In this document: piece by piece, positions 1 to 10,234 of the stretch
How the letters are laid out: every line of letters begins with the position of its first letter
How positions within the stretch are numbered: the first letter of the stretch is position 1
DNA from: an uncultured delta proteobacterium
Lineage (GTDB): Bacteria; Desulfobacterota; Binatia; UBA9968
Direction: 5' to 3'
DNA length: 64,000 nucleotides
NCBI GenBank assembly: GCA_963755715.1
Contig: CAVWLW010000033.1
Coordinates: 192,001-256,000 of the forward strand
Translations under genes and position numbers: made by a program
Notes under the pieces: model-generated
What the model saw: the letters and a program-made list of their open reading frames with translations, nothing else
Databases searched by the model: none
Told to the model about the DNA's origin: nothing

Positions 1-34
1 CGCCGCCAAAGGGAAATTGCCTGGATGGCTTTTG

Positions 35-70
35 TTTCCCGCCTTCACATCGGTGCGTGAAGGCGGGAAA
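35..70. terminator. 14-bp perfect inverted repeat downstream of the aldolase gene
   Basis: TTTCCCGCCTTCAC-N8-GTGAAGGCGGGAAA; no clear U-tract on the minus strand. Confidence 0.5.
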
Positions 71-89
71 CGGATCACAGGGCTTGCCG

Positions 90-1058
90 CTAACCGAGCA
101 CTTTGGAGTATTTCTCACGCAGCTTGGCGAAGCGTTGGCCGCCTTCGGTTGCCGCTTTGCGAAAATCTTCCGGCATGACGTTATACGGCGGACGAATCGG
201 GCCCGGCTTACAGTATCCCGAGGCGCCCATCAGGATTTTTTCCATTTGAATATTGTACGACGCGAAGACTTCTTGCGAGCCGGTCATTACATGATGGGGC
301 TCGTTCGCCCAGGCGATATCATCGGCGACGGCTTTGGCTTGTTGCGCGTCATGGGCCGCCAGAGCTTTCATGAGCGCTAGACCTACCTGCGGGCCGACCG
401 AAGGAATCCAGCAGGTATTTTGCGACTCGGGCGAAATCTGCGCGAATTCGTAGGCGAGGCCGATGGGCGGCACCAAGTTGACCCGTCCTTTGGTGACATC
501 GACGACTTTTTTCAAAATCGCTTTGCTGGAGAATTTAGCCGACATCACCGTCGGTGCTTTCTCGACCACCGGGCCCCAAAAATCGGCATCGAAGGCGAAA
601 CGGAAGGCGCGCGGGTTGGCATAAACCATGATCGGAAAATCTGGAAACGTTTGCGCCACGTCGGCGTAAAACTTGACCGCCATATCGAGAGTCGCCGGCT
701 GCCACATCGGAATGCCGAGCAGCGTGCCGGTGGCGCCGAGTCCCTTGACGAACTTGATGCGCCGCGCGGTGTCGTGGCCGCTCAACGCCGTCGTGCCGAC
801 GAAAGTCGGGATGCGTCCATGAACGGTTTTCAGCAGACAATCGACGTACGCTTCGTAATCGCTTTGCGCTGTCGTCGCGCACTCGCCCATGGTGCCGAGC
901 GCCATGATGCCCGTGGCGCCGTCGCGCACCAAGCTCTCGGCAAGACGTGCGGTTTCGTCCAAGTCCACCGTGTTCGTGGCGTCGAGACGATCCGCTCCTT
1001 CTTTGGCCGGCGTCGGCATGATGGCTAAGACGCCGCGCAGATCTTTGGCAGTGATCAT
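90..1058 (-). CDS. DHDPS-family hydratase-aldolase, NahE (trans-o-hydroxybenzylidenepyruvate hydratase-aldolase)-like
   Basis: IMPTP..TVDLDETAR, LGTMGECAT, LGIPMW, YANP, YNIQMEK, GPIRPPY resemble the NahE subfamily. Confidence 0.8.
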   Translation of the reverse strand: MITAKDLRGVLAIMPTPAKEGADRLDATNTVDLDETARLAESLVRDGATGIMALGTMGECATTAQSDYEAYVDCLLKTVHGRIPTFVGTTALSGHDTARRIKFVKGLGATGTLLGIPMWQPATLDMAVKFYADVAQTFPDFPIMVYANPRAFRFAFDADFWGPVVEKAPTVMSAKFSSKAILKKVVDVTKGRVNLVPPIGLAYEFAQISPESQNTCWIPSVGPQVGLALMKALAAHDAQQAKAVADDIAWANEPHHVMTGSQEVFASYNIQMEKILMGASGYCKPGPIRPPYNVMPEDFRKAATEGGQRFAKLREKYSKVLG

Positions 1059-1134
1059 AATTTTCCTCCTACATTGGAATTGGCATTATTTGTTTGTTTA
1101 ACACGCGAGGTCGATGCCAATCAACGCGAGACGA

Positions 1135-1831
1135 CTAAATCCGGGTCGGCAGCCGATGGGTTAAAACGATTTCGCGGGGCGAGACGGAAGCGTGATAGGG
1201 CAGCGCTTCGACGCCTGCTCTGATCGCTTTGCGCAGCCAACGGCCGTATTCCGGGTCGATCTCGTCGGCGGGACGAAAGTATTCGCAGTCGCGCCGCTGC
1301 ACGACGAACAGGATCACCGCGCGGTGGCCTTTGCGTTTGAGCCGAATTAATTCTTTCAAGTGTTTGGTGCGCGCGCTCGCTGACGGCGTCGGGGAAGGCG
1401 GCGGCGCCGTCGATACAAGCCGTGACGTTCTTTACTTCGACGTAACAGCAACCGTCGCGGCCGTCCAAACAAAGATCGAGCCGGCTGTGGCGGCCGACTT
1501 TGACTTCTCGACGGACGGTTTCATAACCGCGCAGTTCCGGGATCACGTCCGCGGCGACCGCTTCCGCGACCAAGTGGTTCGGATGCATCGTATTGATGCC
1601 GACCCAGTGCCGATCGATCTGGATCATTTCCCAGGTGAAGGCGAGCTTGCGACCTTTATTTTCGCTGCGCGAGAGATAAACGACGCTGCCCGGCTCTTTG
1701 CAACCGAGCATGCTGCCGGTGTTGGTGCAGTGCGCGGTGACGATGGCGCCGTCGGCGAGGCGGACGTCGGCGAGAAAGCGCTTGTAGCGTTGCACCAGCG
1801 TGCCGCGGATGAGTTTCGCTGTGAAGCGCAT
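1135..1831 (-). CDS. sfsA: DNA/RNA nuclease SfsA (frameshift near 1375)
   Basis: RYKRFLADV, HCTNTGSM, YVEVKNVT, FPDAVS; C-terminus LFVVQR..PADEIDPEY lies in a second frame. Confidence 0.9.
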
Positions 1832-1941
1832 GCATCAAGTTTATAGCCGAAGAGAAAGTTGTTTCACAGCGTTGGCCAATTTCTTGCACTCCCAGGATCG
1901 CTTTGTTAGGGTCGATGAATAATTTCTGATTCGGAGACGGC

Positions 1942-4156
1942 ATGGCGAAGCGACAACTCAAATACGTCGGGCACAGTGTTCCGCGAGTCGACGGCGTCGA
2001 CAAAGTAACCGGCAAAGCAAAATTCGTCGGCGACATCGTCGTCCCCGGCATGCTTTACGGCAAGATCCTTCGCAGTCCGTACCCGCACGCGCGAATTCGC
2101 GCCATCGACGCGACCGAGGCCGAAGCTTTACCCGGAGTCGTCGCGGTGCTGACCGCGGCCGACATCGACGACCTCAACCCGATCTACAATGGGCGACCGA
2201 TTATCGCGATGCATAAAGTCCGCTATGTCGGCGAGCCGGTGGCGGCGGTGGCGGCGCTCGACTTAGCGACGGCGGAAGAGGCGCTCGGCCTGATTCAGGT
2301 CGACTACGAAGAACTGCCGGCGGTAGTCGGTATCGACGCGGCGGTGAAAAAAGACGCGCCGCTCATTCACGAAGAGAAGGGCGGCAACATCGGCACGCAT
2401 GAACAGGTCAGACGCGGCGACGCCGACGCCGGCTTCGCGCAATCGGACGAGATCGTCGAAGACACGTTCACTTTTCCGATGGTCTATCACTACGCGATGG
2501 AACCCCATTCGGTAATCGCTCACTGCGACAGCGATGAAGTAACGGTTTGGTCGTCGGCGCAGCATCCGTTTCAAGTGCGCGGCGATATCGCCAAGCTTTT
2601 CAAATTGGCGCCGGCGAAAGTGCGCCTGATCATCAATTATCTAGGCGGCGGCTACGGCAGCAAATCGTACACAAAATTCGAACCGCTGGTGGTCGCGCTG
2701 GCGCGCAAGGCGCGCCAGCCGGTGCGAATTTGCAATTCGGTCGGCGAATCGATGGTGACGGTGCGCCGTCATGGCGCGCGCGTGCGGATTAAAACCGGCG
2801 TCAAGCGCGACGGCACGATCCTGGCGCGCGAGGCGGAAATCTATCTCGACACCGGCGGTTACGACGACAACGGGCCGCAGGTGACGGCGCGCTCGGCGAC
2901 CCGGATCCTCGGCCCTTACTGGATTCCGAATATTCGCACCGACGCGTATCAGGTTTATACCAACACCGGGTCGGCGGGCTCGTACCGCGCGATCGGCGCG
3001 CCGCAGGTGATTTATGCCGGCGAGTCGCAGATCGAAATCCTTGCGGCGAAGCTCGGCATGGACCCGGCCGAGCTGCGCATGAAAAATCTGCTCAAAGACC
3101 GGCCAGGAGCTCCGGCCGGGGTTGAAAGGCATCGACGCCAATCTGTCCTCGAGTCTCAAGACCCTGGTGCGCGCCAGCGGCTGGAAGAAATCGCTCAAGA
3201 AAAATCACGCTCCAATCGGCATGGGCTGCGCGATCACCAACGCCGGCGCGACGCCGGTGTCGGTGGCGTTGATCCGCATGCAATCGGACGGCATCGCCAA
3301 TATTTCGGCGGGCAGCACGGAAATGGGGCAGGGCGTGCGCACGACGTTAACCCAAATCGCCGCGGAAGAGCTGACCTTGCCGATGGAGAGTTTTCGCATG
3401 CTCGGCGCCGATACCAAGGTGACGCCTTACGACAGCTCGACCGGATCGAGCCGCTCGACGACGCTGATGGGAACGGCGGTGCAAAAAGCGGCGCGCGACT
3501 TGAAACAACAGTTCATAAAAATCGGCGCGCAAACGATGGGTGTAAAACCGAGCCAAGTTCAAGTCGCCGACGGCGCCTTGATCTGCGGCGAATCCCGGCT
3601 GACTTTCAAGGAAGCCTTCGAGCGCCGTTTCGGTAAGGGCTCGGGGGGCGAAATGATCGGGCGCGGCGAAGCCGGACCGGAGATCACGGACAACCAGCTG
3701 CCGGTTTTCTGGGAAGTCGGCATGGGCACTTCGGAGGTCGAGATCGATCATGAGACCGGCGAAGTGAAGCTCAAAAAATTTATCTCCGTCGCCGACGTCG
3801 GCAAGGCGATCCATCCCGACCACTGCGTCGCCCAGGAAGAGGGCGCGGCGATGCAGGGGATCGGCCACACGTTTTTCGAGCAGCTCATTTACGACAATGG
3901 TCAATTGATCAACCCGAATTTGATCGATTACCGGATTCCGACGTTCGCCGACGTGCCGGAGGAATTTCACACGATACTCGTCGAGAACGGCGACGGCCCC
4001 GGACCGTTCGGCGTGCGCGGTATGGCCGAAGGCGGCATTCTTTCGGTCGCGCCGTCGGTGTGCAATGCCATTGATCGTGCGACCGGCGTGCGCATCCGTG
4101 ACTTGCCGCTGACGCCGGAGCGGGTTTGGCGCGCGCTCAAAGATTCTCCAAAATGA
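1942..4156 (+). CDS. Xanthine dehydrogenase-family molybdopterin-binding large subunit (frameshift near 3100)
   Basis: LRSPYPHARI, LGGGYGSK, YRAIG, EMGQG, SSRST, GPFGVRGMAE, DLPLTPE across ORFs 1942-3636 and 3122-4156. Confidence 0.9.
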
Positions 4157-4231
4157 TTATTTATCAGGACGGATTGATCGCGATTAGTCTGTGTCAGCGA
4201 GCGCTTTTACCATCCGCACAGTCGTGAGGCC

Positions 4232-4744
4232 ATGAAAAATTCCACCGATGTATCCGGATTTCAAATTCAAGCGGCAACCAAGGCCGATGTGCCGATAATT
4301 CTTTCGTTCATCAAGAAATTGGCAGACTACGAGCGCTTGTCGCATGAGGTTGTTGCCACTGAGGAGATTCTCCGGGAAACGCTTTTCGGCCGGCGGCGTA
4401 CCGCCGAAGTGGTGCTCGGCTATTTCAAGAAGCAGCCGGTGTGCTTTATGCTCTTCTTTCACAGTTATTCGACATTCCTTGGCCAGCCAGGGATTTACAT
4501 CGAAGACCTCTACGTCGATGAAGCGTTCCGTCGGCGCGGCTTCGGCAGCGCTTTGCTGCGTTATATCGCCAAATTGGCGACGGAGCGGCGTTGCGGTAGG
4601 TTGGAATGGTCGGTGTTGGATTGGAACGAGCCGGCGATCAATTTTTACAAAAAACTTGGCGCGGTGCCGATGAGAGAATGGACGGTATTCCGCATGACCG
4701 GTGAGAAGCTAAAGAAACTCGCCGACGCGGGCATTTCGCGCTAG
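4232..4744 (+). CDS. GNAT N-acetyltransferase (diamine acetyltransferase-like)
   Basis: IYIEDLYV..RRRGFG, LEWSVLDWNEPAINFY. Confidence 0.9.
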   Translation: MKNSTDVSGFQIQAATKADVPIILSFIKKLADYERLSHEVVATEEILRETLFGRRRTAEVVLGYFKKQPVCFMLFFHSYSTFLGQPGIYIEDLYVDEAFRRRGFGSALLRYIAKLATERRCGRLEWSVLDWNEPAINFYKKLGAVPMREWTVFRMTGEKLKKLADAGISR

Positions 4745-4768
4745 ACTGCCGCGCATCGCTGCGCTTTT

Positions 4769-5431
4769 TCAGTGGCTCGCCAGCGGTATTCGGATCTTGA
4801 TATCCGTGCCTTTTCCCGCGGCAGTGTCGAGCGTGAGAGTGCCGCCGATCTTGCGAATCCGTTCCCGCATACCCGCCAGTCCATAATGGCCGGTTCCACC
4901 GACCGACGCGGTATCAAAACCGACGCCGTTATCGCGCAAGCGGGCCTCGCAGACCCTGTCGGTAGTTTTGAGCGCAAGATGCAATTCGGTCGCGCGCGAA
5001 TGGCGCACCGTGTTGAGAATCGCTTCGCGCAAGGTAAAGTAAAGTTCCCTTTCCATAACGATGGGCAAGTTGTGGGCGCCGATGGCGCAGCGAAAATCGA
5101 GCTTGAAACCGGTGCGCGCGCAAAAAATTTCCAATTCTTGCTTGAGCCGCCGTTCCAACGTGCCGGCTTGCAGATCCTCCGCGCTCTGATTCTCGGTGAG
5201 TAGATTGCGGATCTCGATAATCGCCTTGTCGATGTTGTCTTCGATGGTTTGCAGCTCGTTTTCAAGCGCGCTGCGATTGTCGAGCAGTTCGCGGTGACAG
5301 GTTTCCGCGCGCAGCCTCACGCTCGCCAGCGACTGCAACACGCGGTCGTGCAACTCGCGAGAGATCCGCTGTCGTTCCTCCATGACCGCGGTGGCAAGCC
5401 GACTGGTTATTTTTTTTGGGATTTTTTTCAC
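4769..5431 (-). CDS. NarX/DegS-type histidine kinase without a sensor domain
   Basis: ERQRISRELHD H-box, EAILNTVRHS N-box, DNGVGF, GLAGMRER. Confidence 0.85.
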   Translation of the reverse strand: MKKIPKKITSRLATAVMEERQRISRELHDRVLQSLASVRLRAETCHRELLDNRSALENELQTIEDNIDKAIIEIRNLLTENQSAEDLQAGTLERRLKQELEIFCARTGFKLDFRCAIGAHNLPIVMERELYFTLREAILNTVRHSRATELHLALKTTDRVCEARLRDNGVGFDTASVGGTGHYGLAGMRERIRKIGGTLTLDTAAGKGTDIKIRIPLASH

Positions 5432-5518
5432 GGTCCTTTGGCGACGTTGCCTGATTGAGAGGGCTTGGGTAATGGGTTAATTGGGGTTAGGCGCGCTTAG
5501 CTTCCGTCTGATTTCTCT

Positions 5519-6247
5519 TTATGACGCGGCCAGATGCCGGGCCAAAAAGTCGAGAGTTCTCGGCCAGGAAGCTTCGTCGGCGTGGCGGCGATAGCTTTCT
5601 TTCGTGCTATCCATAAACGCATGGCCGGCATTGGCGTAGGAGTGAAATTCATGCGGCTTTTGGAACTTCTTGAGCTCGGCGTCGAGCTTCGCCATGTCTT
5701 CGGGCGACGGATTGCCATCGTCGGCACCAAAGTGGCCCTGGAGCGGACAATGAATTTCCGCGCTCCGTTCGAACGGCGACGGAATGTCCCGTCCCCACGC
5801 GCGAAAAGTGTTGCCCGGATAATAAGCGACCGCTGCTTTGAATGCCGGAATGGCGGCAGCCATGAGATAAACCACCCGCCCGCCCATGCAAAATCCGATA
5901 ATCCCAATCTTTCCGGCGTCGACCGCGCTGTGGTTTTGTAAGAAGCCGACTGTGGCGTTGATGTCGTTGATGATTCTTCGGTCGCTCAGGCGCGACCGTC
6001 GGGTCACGAGGTCGTCTTTACAATCCGGGCCGTCGCGGTGATAAAGGTCGGGCGCGACGGAAAGATAGCCGGCGCCGGCGAGACGCTCGGTCATGTTCCG
6101 CACGAACTCGTCGACGCCGCCTTGATGTTGAATCACGACCATCGCGGGGAACGGGCCCGCGCCGTCCGGCGCGCTCAGATGCAGCCGCATTGAGCTGTTA
6201 TCAGACTCGGTTTGTTGCCAACTCGATGATGTCATTGAATCCTCCAT
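5519..6247 (-). CDS. Dienelactone hydrolase family protein
   Basis: GFCMGG nucleophile, YANAGHAF. Confidence 0.9.
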   Translation of the reverse strand: MEDSMTSSSWQQTESDNSSMRLHLSAPDGAGPFPAMVVIQHQGGVDEFVRNMTERLAGAGYLSVAPDLYHRDGPDCKDDLVTRRSRLSDRRIINDINATVGFLQNHSAVDAGKIGIIGFCMGGRVVYLMAAAIPAFKAAVAYYPGNTFRAWGRDIPSPFERSAEIHCPLQGHFGADDGNPSPEDMAKLDAELKKFQKPHEFHSYANAGHAFMDSTKESYRRHADEASWPRTLDFLARHLAAS

Positions 6248-6297
6248 CCCATGCTTTGGTCCAGCGATTCGAATCTAGCAAGTTTGCCCACCAGCGC

Positions 6298-6999
6298 TCA
6301 ATCATCGAGCAGCGCTAAGATCGACCGCAAGCTGTTGATGCGGTCGGAAGCCGGCGCGGCGGATGTTTTGCCCCGTTCAACCAGGATGCCTTTTAGGCCG
6401 GCTTGGTTGGCGCCGGATAGATCATTTATCTCACTGTCACCAACGTGAAGCGCCTGTGCGGGGGCGAGACCGTGACAGCTCAGCGCGGCATTAAAGATCC
6501 GCCCATCGGGTTTGGCGTAGCCAACCCGGCTGGATACGAAAATATTTTCGAATTGCGCACCCGCGCCCAGACCGTCAAGGATTCGCACTAGCCGTGAATC
6601 GAAGTTCGAGATCACGTCAAGAATTAAATCGCGTTCTTTGAGCGAGGTCAGCGTTTCTAGCACCTCGGGATAGAGCGTCCACGCGTTGGGCGAGGCAAAA
6701 TAAGCGAACAGCTCGGCAAAGTACTCTTCGAAACGGACAAATGGGCTCCACGGCTCAAAGACTTGGGCAACCAAGCTTTTCCACCAATCGCGTTCCAGTG
6801 CGGCCACGGTGTCTTCGGTGGCGCCGGGAAATGCCAGCCGCGGCGCGGCGTCAAAGCACGTTCGGAAGCGCTCCGTGATGTTTGTCGACGAAACCTCTTT
6901 GCCGTGCTTGGCGGCGATCGCCGCATAGCTTTCGCCCACGCTCCTGGCGGGCTTGATCAAGGTGCCCGCCGCGTCAAAAAAAACCGCTTTAATCGTCAT
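6298..6999 (-). CDS. HAD-IA family hydrolase
   Basis: FFDAAGTL, ISNFD, KPD, HVGDS..D. Confidence 0.9.
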   Translation of the reverse strand: MTIKAVFFDAAGTLIKPARSVGESYAAIAAKHGKEVSSTNITERFRTCFDAAPRLAFPGATEDTVAALERDWWKSLVAQVFEPWSPFVRFEEYFAELFAYFASPNAWTLYPEVLETLTSLKERDLILDVISNFDSRLVRILDGLGAGAQFENIFVSSRVGYAKPDGRIFNAALSCHGLAPAQALHVGDSEINDLSGANQAGLKGILVERGKTSAAPASDRINSLRSILALLDD

Positions 7000-7062
7000 G
7001 GCGAGATGTGGAGTGGATAATGCCAATTGCAACGAAGCTAGCATGCTTTATAATTGAAATCG

Positions 7063-7659
7063 ATGCCGGGAAAAGACGCACTCATCATTGTCGATGTACA
7101 AAATGACTTCTGCCTGGGCGGCGCACTCGCCGTTCGAAACGGAGACGAAGTTGTACCGGTGTTGAACCGATATATTGAAAAATTCCTGGATGCCCGGTTG
7201 CCGATCTTTGCCACGCGCGATTGGCATCCGGCAAAAACGATCCATTTCAAAGCCTACGGTGGGATGTGGCCGGTGCATTGCGTGCAAGGAACCCACGGCG
7301 CCGAATTTCATGCCGATTTAAAACTCGCAAAAGAGATTGTCATAATTTCAACCGGTATGGCACCAAGCGAAGATGGCTACTCCGGCTTCCAAGGCCGTGA
7401 CTCAGCCGGCATGCTCCTCGGCGATCTGCTGCGTCAACACGGAGTTGAAAGAATCTTTGTCGGCGGATTGGCCACCGACTACTGCGTAAAGCAGACCGTG
7501 CTTGACGGTTTGAGTCAGGGATTTAAGGTTATGGTGATCGGCGATGCAGTTCGGGGCGTCGATTTAAACCCCAATGACTCCGTGCAGGCTCTCAAAGAGA
7601 TGAGTGAGGCCGGCGCGGTTATGCTTGCCGGGATTGAAAATTTGCACGTCACTGGATAG
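7063..7659 (+). CDS. pncA: Nicotinamidase/pyrazinamidase
   Basis: DVQNDF, DWHP, WPVHC, GLATDYCV. Confidence 0.85.
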   Translation: MPGKDALIIVDVQNDFCLGGALAVRNGDEVVPVLNRYIEKFLDARLPIFATRDWHPAKTIHFKAYGGMWPVHCVQGTHGAEFHADLKLAKEIVIISTGMAPSEDGYSGFQGRDSAGMLLGDLLRQHGVERIFVGGLATDYCVKQTVLDGLSQGFKVMVIGDAVRGVDLNPNDSVQALKEMSEAGAVMLAGIENLHVTG

Positions 7660-7755
7660 TTCCCGCCACTTTCTAGGGTCCGGCCTTTTTAGAGACGACG
7701 CCCCGAGTTGCCTAGATTCCCGTTCTGGTGTCTAATTAGAAAGGTCACTCCAGGT

Positions 7756-8565
7756 GTGAATTTGACAAACAGTTTTCAGTACAGTGAAGAATTGGCTGCG
7801 GCGGAGCAAGCCGCGCGCGAGGCGGGCGCGGCTGTGATGAGCTTGTTCAACGGCAAGTTCGATGTCCGCGAGAAAAGCAAAAATAATCCGGTCACCTCAG
7901 CCGATCTCGAAGCCAATCGTATCATTCGCCAGCGGGTTCTTGAGTCGTTCCCCGCCGACGGTTGGCTATCGGAAGAAGATCAGGACAATTCCGAGCGCTT
8001 AGCTTTGTCGCGGGTGTGGGTCGTCGATCCGATCGACGGGACCAAAGAGTTTATCGAAGGCGTACCGCAATTTGCCGTATCGATTGCCTTTGTGGTCGAC
8101 GGTCGACCGCAGGTCGCGATTGTTTATAACCCCGCGAAGGAGCGTTTTTACAAAGCCGCGCTGGGCCAAGGGGCTTTCTTGAATGACGCCACCATTCACG
8201 TCAGTTCGCGCCGTGACATCAACGGCGCTTCACTTTTGGTGAGCCGCTCCGAGCCGCAAAGAAAATTTCAAGTTTTCGTCGACCACTGTGCGATACGGCC
8301 GGTGGGCAGCATTGCCTATCGGCTCGCCAAAGTGGCGGGCGGTGACGGCGACGCTACCATTACGTTTCGAAACATTCACGAGTGGGATATTTGCGCCGGC
8401 GTGCTGATGATCGAAGAAGCAGGCGGCAAGGTGGTGGACGGCGAGGGCAAGCCGATGCGATTCAATCGCGAGCTGCCCAAGCATCGCGGCGTCGTGGCGA
8501 CCAACAGTCTTTTGAGCGAAGGGTTGCAAAACCTGTGGGCCGACGCCATGGCGGTGAAGAAGTAA
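7756..8565 (+). CDS. Inositol monophosphatase/CysQ family phosphatase
   Basis: LSEE, WVVDPIDGTKEF, EWDICAG. Confidence 0.85.
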   Translation: MNLTNSFQYSEELAAAEQAAREAGAAVMSLFNGKFDVREKSKNNPVTSADLEANRIIRQRVLESFPADGWLSEEDQDNSERLALSRVWVVDPIDGTKEFIEGVPQFAVSIAFVVDGRPQVAIVYNPAKERFYKAALGQGAFLNDATIHVSSRRDINGASLLVSRSEPQRKFQVFVDHCAIRPVGSIAYRLAKVAGGDGDATITFRNIHEWDICAGVLMIEEAGGKVVDGEGKPMRFNRELPKHRGVVATNSLLSEGLQNLWADAMAVKK

Positions 8566-8598
8566 TGCTCTGGCGAAGGATGAGCGAGATCCAAGTTC

Positions 8599-8922
8599 AT
8601 GGGTAAATGTATTTACTGCGCCGCGAGCGCCGGACTGTTGGGACGCGTTTGCGGCGATTGTAAGAAGCTTCTCGCCCGCGTCGCCGAGCTACGCGGCAAG
8701 GTCAGTTACGGACAGTTTCTCGACGGCTTGGAGCAAACCGGAATCGACAAAGAAAAAATCCTGGTGTTTCTGCAAGCCAATCCGGATGGCAAAGGCAGCG
8801 TTCAAGATCAGGTGACCGCGGAGATGACGACCGAGCTGATGAAGGTCATGGGCATTTCCGGGCGCCAAACCGCTAATGAAGTGAAGCGGATTCGCGAGCT
8901 TGTCGACAAAGATTCCGAATAA
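8599..8922 (+). CDS. Hypothetical protein with N-terminal CxxC..CxxC zinc ribbon
   Basis: CIYC..CGDC; co-oriented within the operon. Confidence 0.6.
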   Translation: MGKCIYCAASAGLLGRVCGDCKKLLARVAELRGKVSYGQFLDGLEQTGIDKEKILVFLQANPDGKGSVQDQVTAEMTTELMKVMGISGRQTANEVKRIRELVDKDSE

Positions 8923-8939
8923 CCACGCTCGATCTGCCC

Positions 8940-9419
8940 ATGGCTCTGACGATTTATCTTTCTCTGATTTTTTTGGCGCTCTATCTCATTGGCTTGGCGA
9001 TTCAGCGTTGGCTCTTTTGGCGCGATCGGCGCCGGATGGCTGACGAAAGCCGGGGCGGCGGACGGGTGATCGCAAAGGTGGACGACTTGACGCCTGGGTC
9101 GGTAAAAAAATTCTGGTTGATCTGCCAGAAATATCGCTTGGATGCATTTCTGATCAACGACCGGGGAAGTTTTCACGCCTACGTGAACCGCTGCCGGCAC
9201 ATGCCGACGCCGCTCGACTTTGTCCGCGATGAATTTATCAGCGACGACGGACGCTTTTTGCGTTGTTACACCCATGGCGCGCTTTACGAATTTGCCACCG
9301 GACTGTGCATCGACGGCCCCTGCAAAGGCGAGTCGCTCTATCGTTTACCGGTGCGCGTCGATCGTGGCGAAGTTCTCGTCGCCTGTCCACCGGGCGACCT
9401 GAAGCCGCTGGCGGAGTGA
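8940..9419 (+). CDS. Rieske 2Fe-2S protein, possibly with an N-terminal membrane anchor
   Basis: NRCRH..CYTHGA; hydrophobic N-terminus. Confidence 0.85.
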   Translation: MALTIYLSLIFLALYLIGLAIQRWLFWRDRRRMADESRGGGRVIAKVDDLTPGSVKKFWLICQKYRLDAFLINDRGSFHAYVNRCRHMPTPLDFVRDEFISDDGRFLRCYTHGALYEFATGLCIDGPCKGESLYRLPVRVDRGEVLVACPPGDLKPLAE

Positions 9420-9430
9420 AGGCTGTTAAG

Positions 9431-9808
9431 ATGGGTACAGGACAAAAGAAATCCGTGGGCAAATGGGTCGGCACCGTGGGGGAGCTGGAGCACGGCAAGA
9501 GCAAGAAATTCACTTTGCGCCGTGGCCAGCGCGACCTCGAGGCCTTGCTGGTCAACTACGAAGGCAATTATTTCGCTTACGTCAATCGCTGTCCTCATAC
9601 CGGGATCACGCTCGACTGGGTCAACAACCAGTTTTTTAGCTCGGATAACCGTTATCTCATGTGCGCCACGCACGGCGCGGTGTTCGAGCCGCCGACCGGC
9701 GAATGCGTCTGGGGTCCCTGCTTTGGCCTCGCTTTGCAAAGCGTGCCGATCGAGATCGCCGACGAACGGATCTATGCGAGGCTTCCCGGCGCTGACGATA
9801 ACGAGTGA
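9431..9808 (+). CDS. Rieske 2Fe-2S protein
   Basis: NRCPH..CATHGA..GPC. Confidence 0.85.
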   Translation: MGTGQKKSVGKWVGTVGELEHGKSKKFTLRRGQRDLEALLVNYEGNYFAYVNRCPHTGITLDWVNNQFFSSDNRYLMCATHGAVFEPPTGECVWGPCFGLALQSVPIEIADERIYARLPGADDNE

Positions 9809-9844
9809 TTTTCGTGAGCGGGGATAACCCATTGGGAGGACGCC

Positions 9845-10189
9845 ATGACCGACTGCCTATTTTGCGGCATCGTCGCCGAGAAGATAAAAGCCAACGTCGT
9901 TTTTAAAAACGATTACGTCGTCGTCTTTAAAGACATCAATCCCAAGGCGCCGGTTCATCTTCTGATCATTCCGCGCAAGCACATCGCCGGCGTGCTCGAT
10001 ATCGAGCCAGAGGACGACGCGATCATCGGCGAGATTTTTCAAGTCGCCGCTCAGCTTGCCCGCGATCACGGCATCGCCGAAAGCGGCTTTCGGGTGGCGG
10101 TTAATTCCGGTCCCGACGCCGGTCAGAGTGTTTTTCACTTGCATTATCATCTGCTCGGCGGGCGACAGATGACGTGGCCGCCGGGTTAG
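9845..10189 (+). CDS. hinT: Histidine triad (HIT) nucleotide-binding protein
   Basis: DCLFC, GQSVFHLHYH, WPPG. Confidence 0.9.
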   Translation: MTDCLFCGIVAEKIKANVVFKNDYVVVFKDINPKAPVHLLIIPRKHIAGVLDIEPEDDAIIGEIFQVAAQLARDHGIAESGFRVAVNSGPDAGQSVFHLHYHLLGGRQMTWPPG

Positions 10190-10234
10190 TTCGCGATTCG
10201 ACGTCTTCAGACAATTGCATCAGCGGAGGACAAG

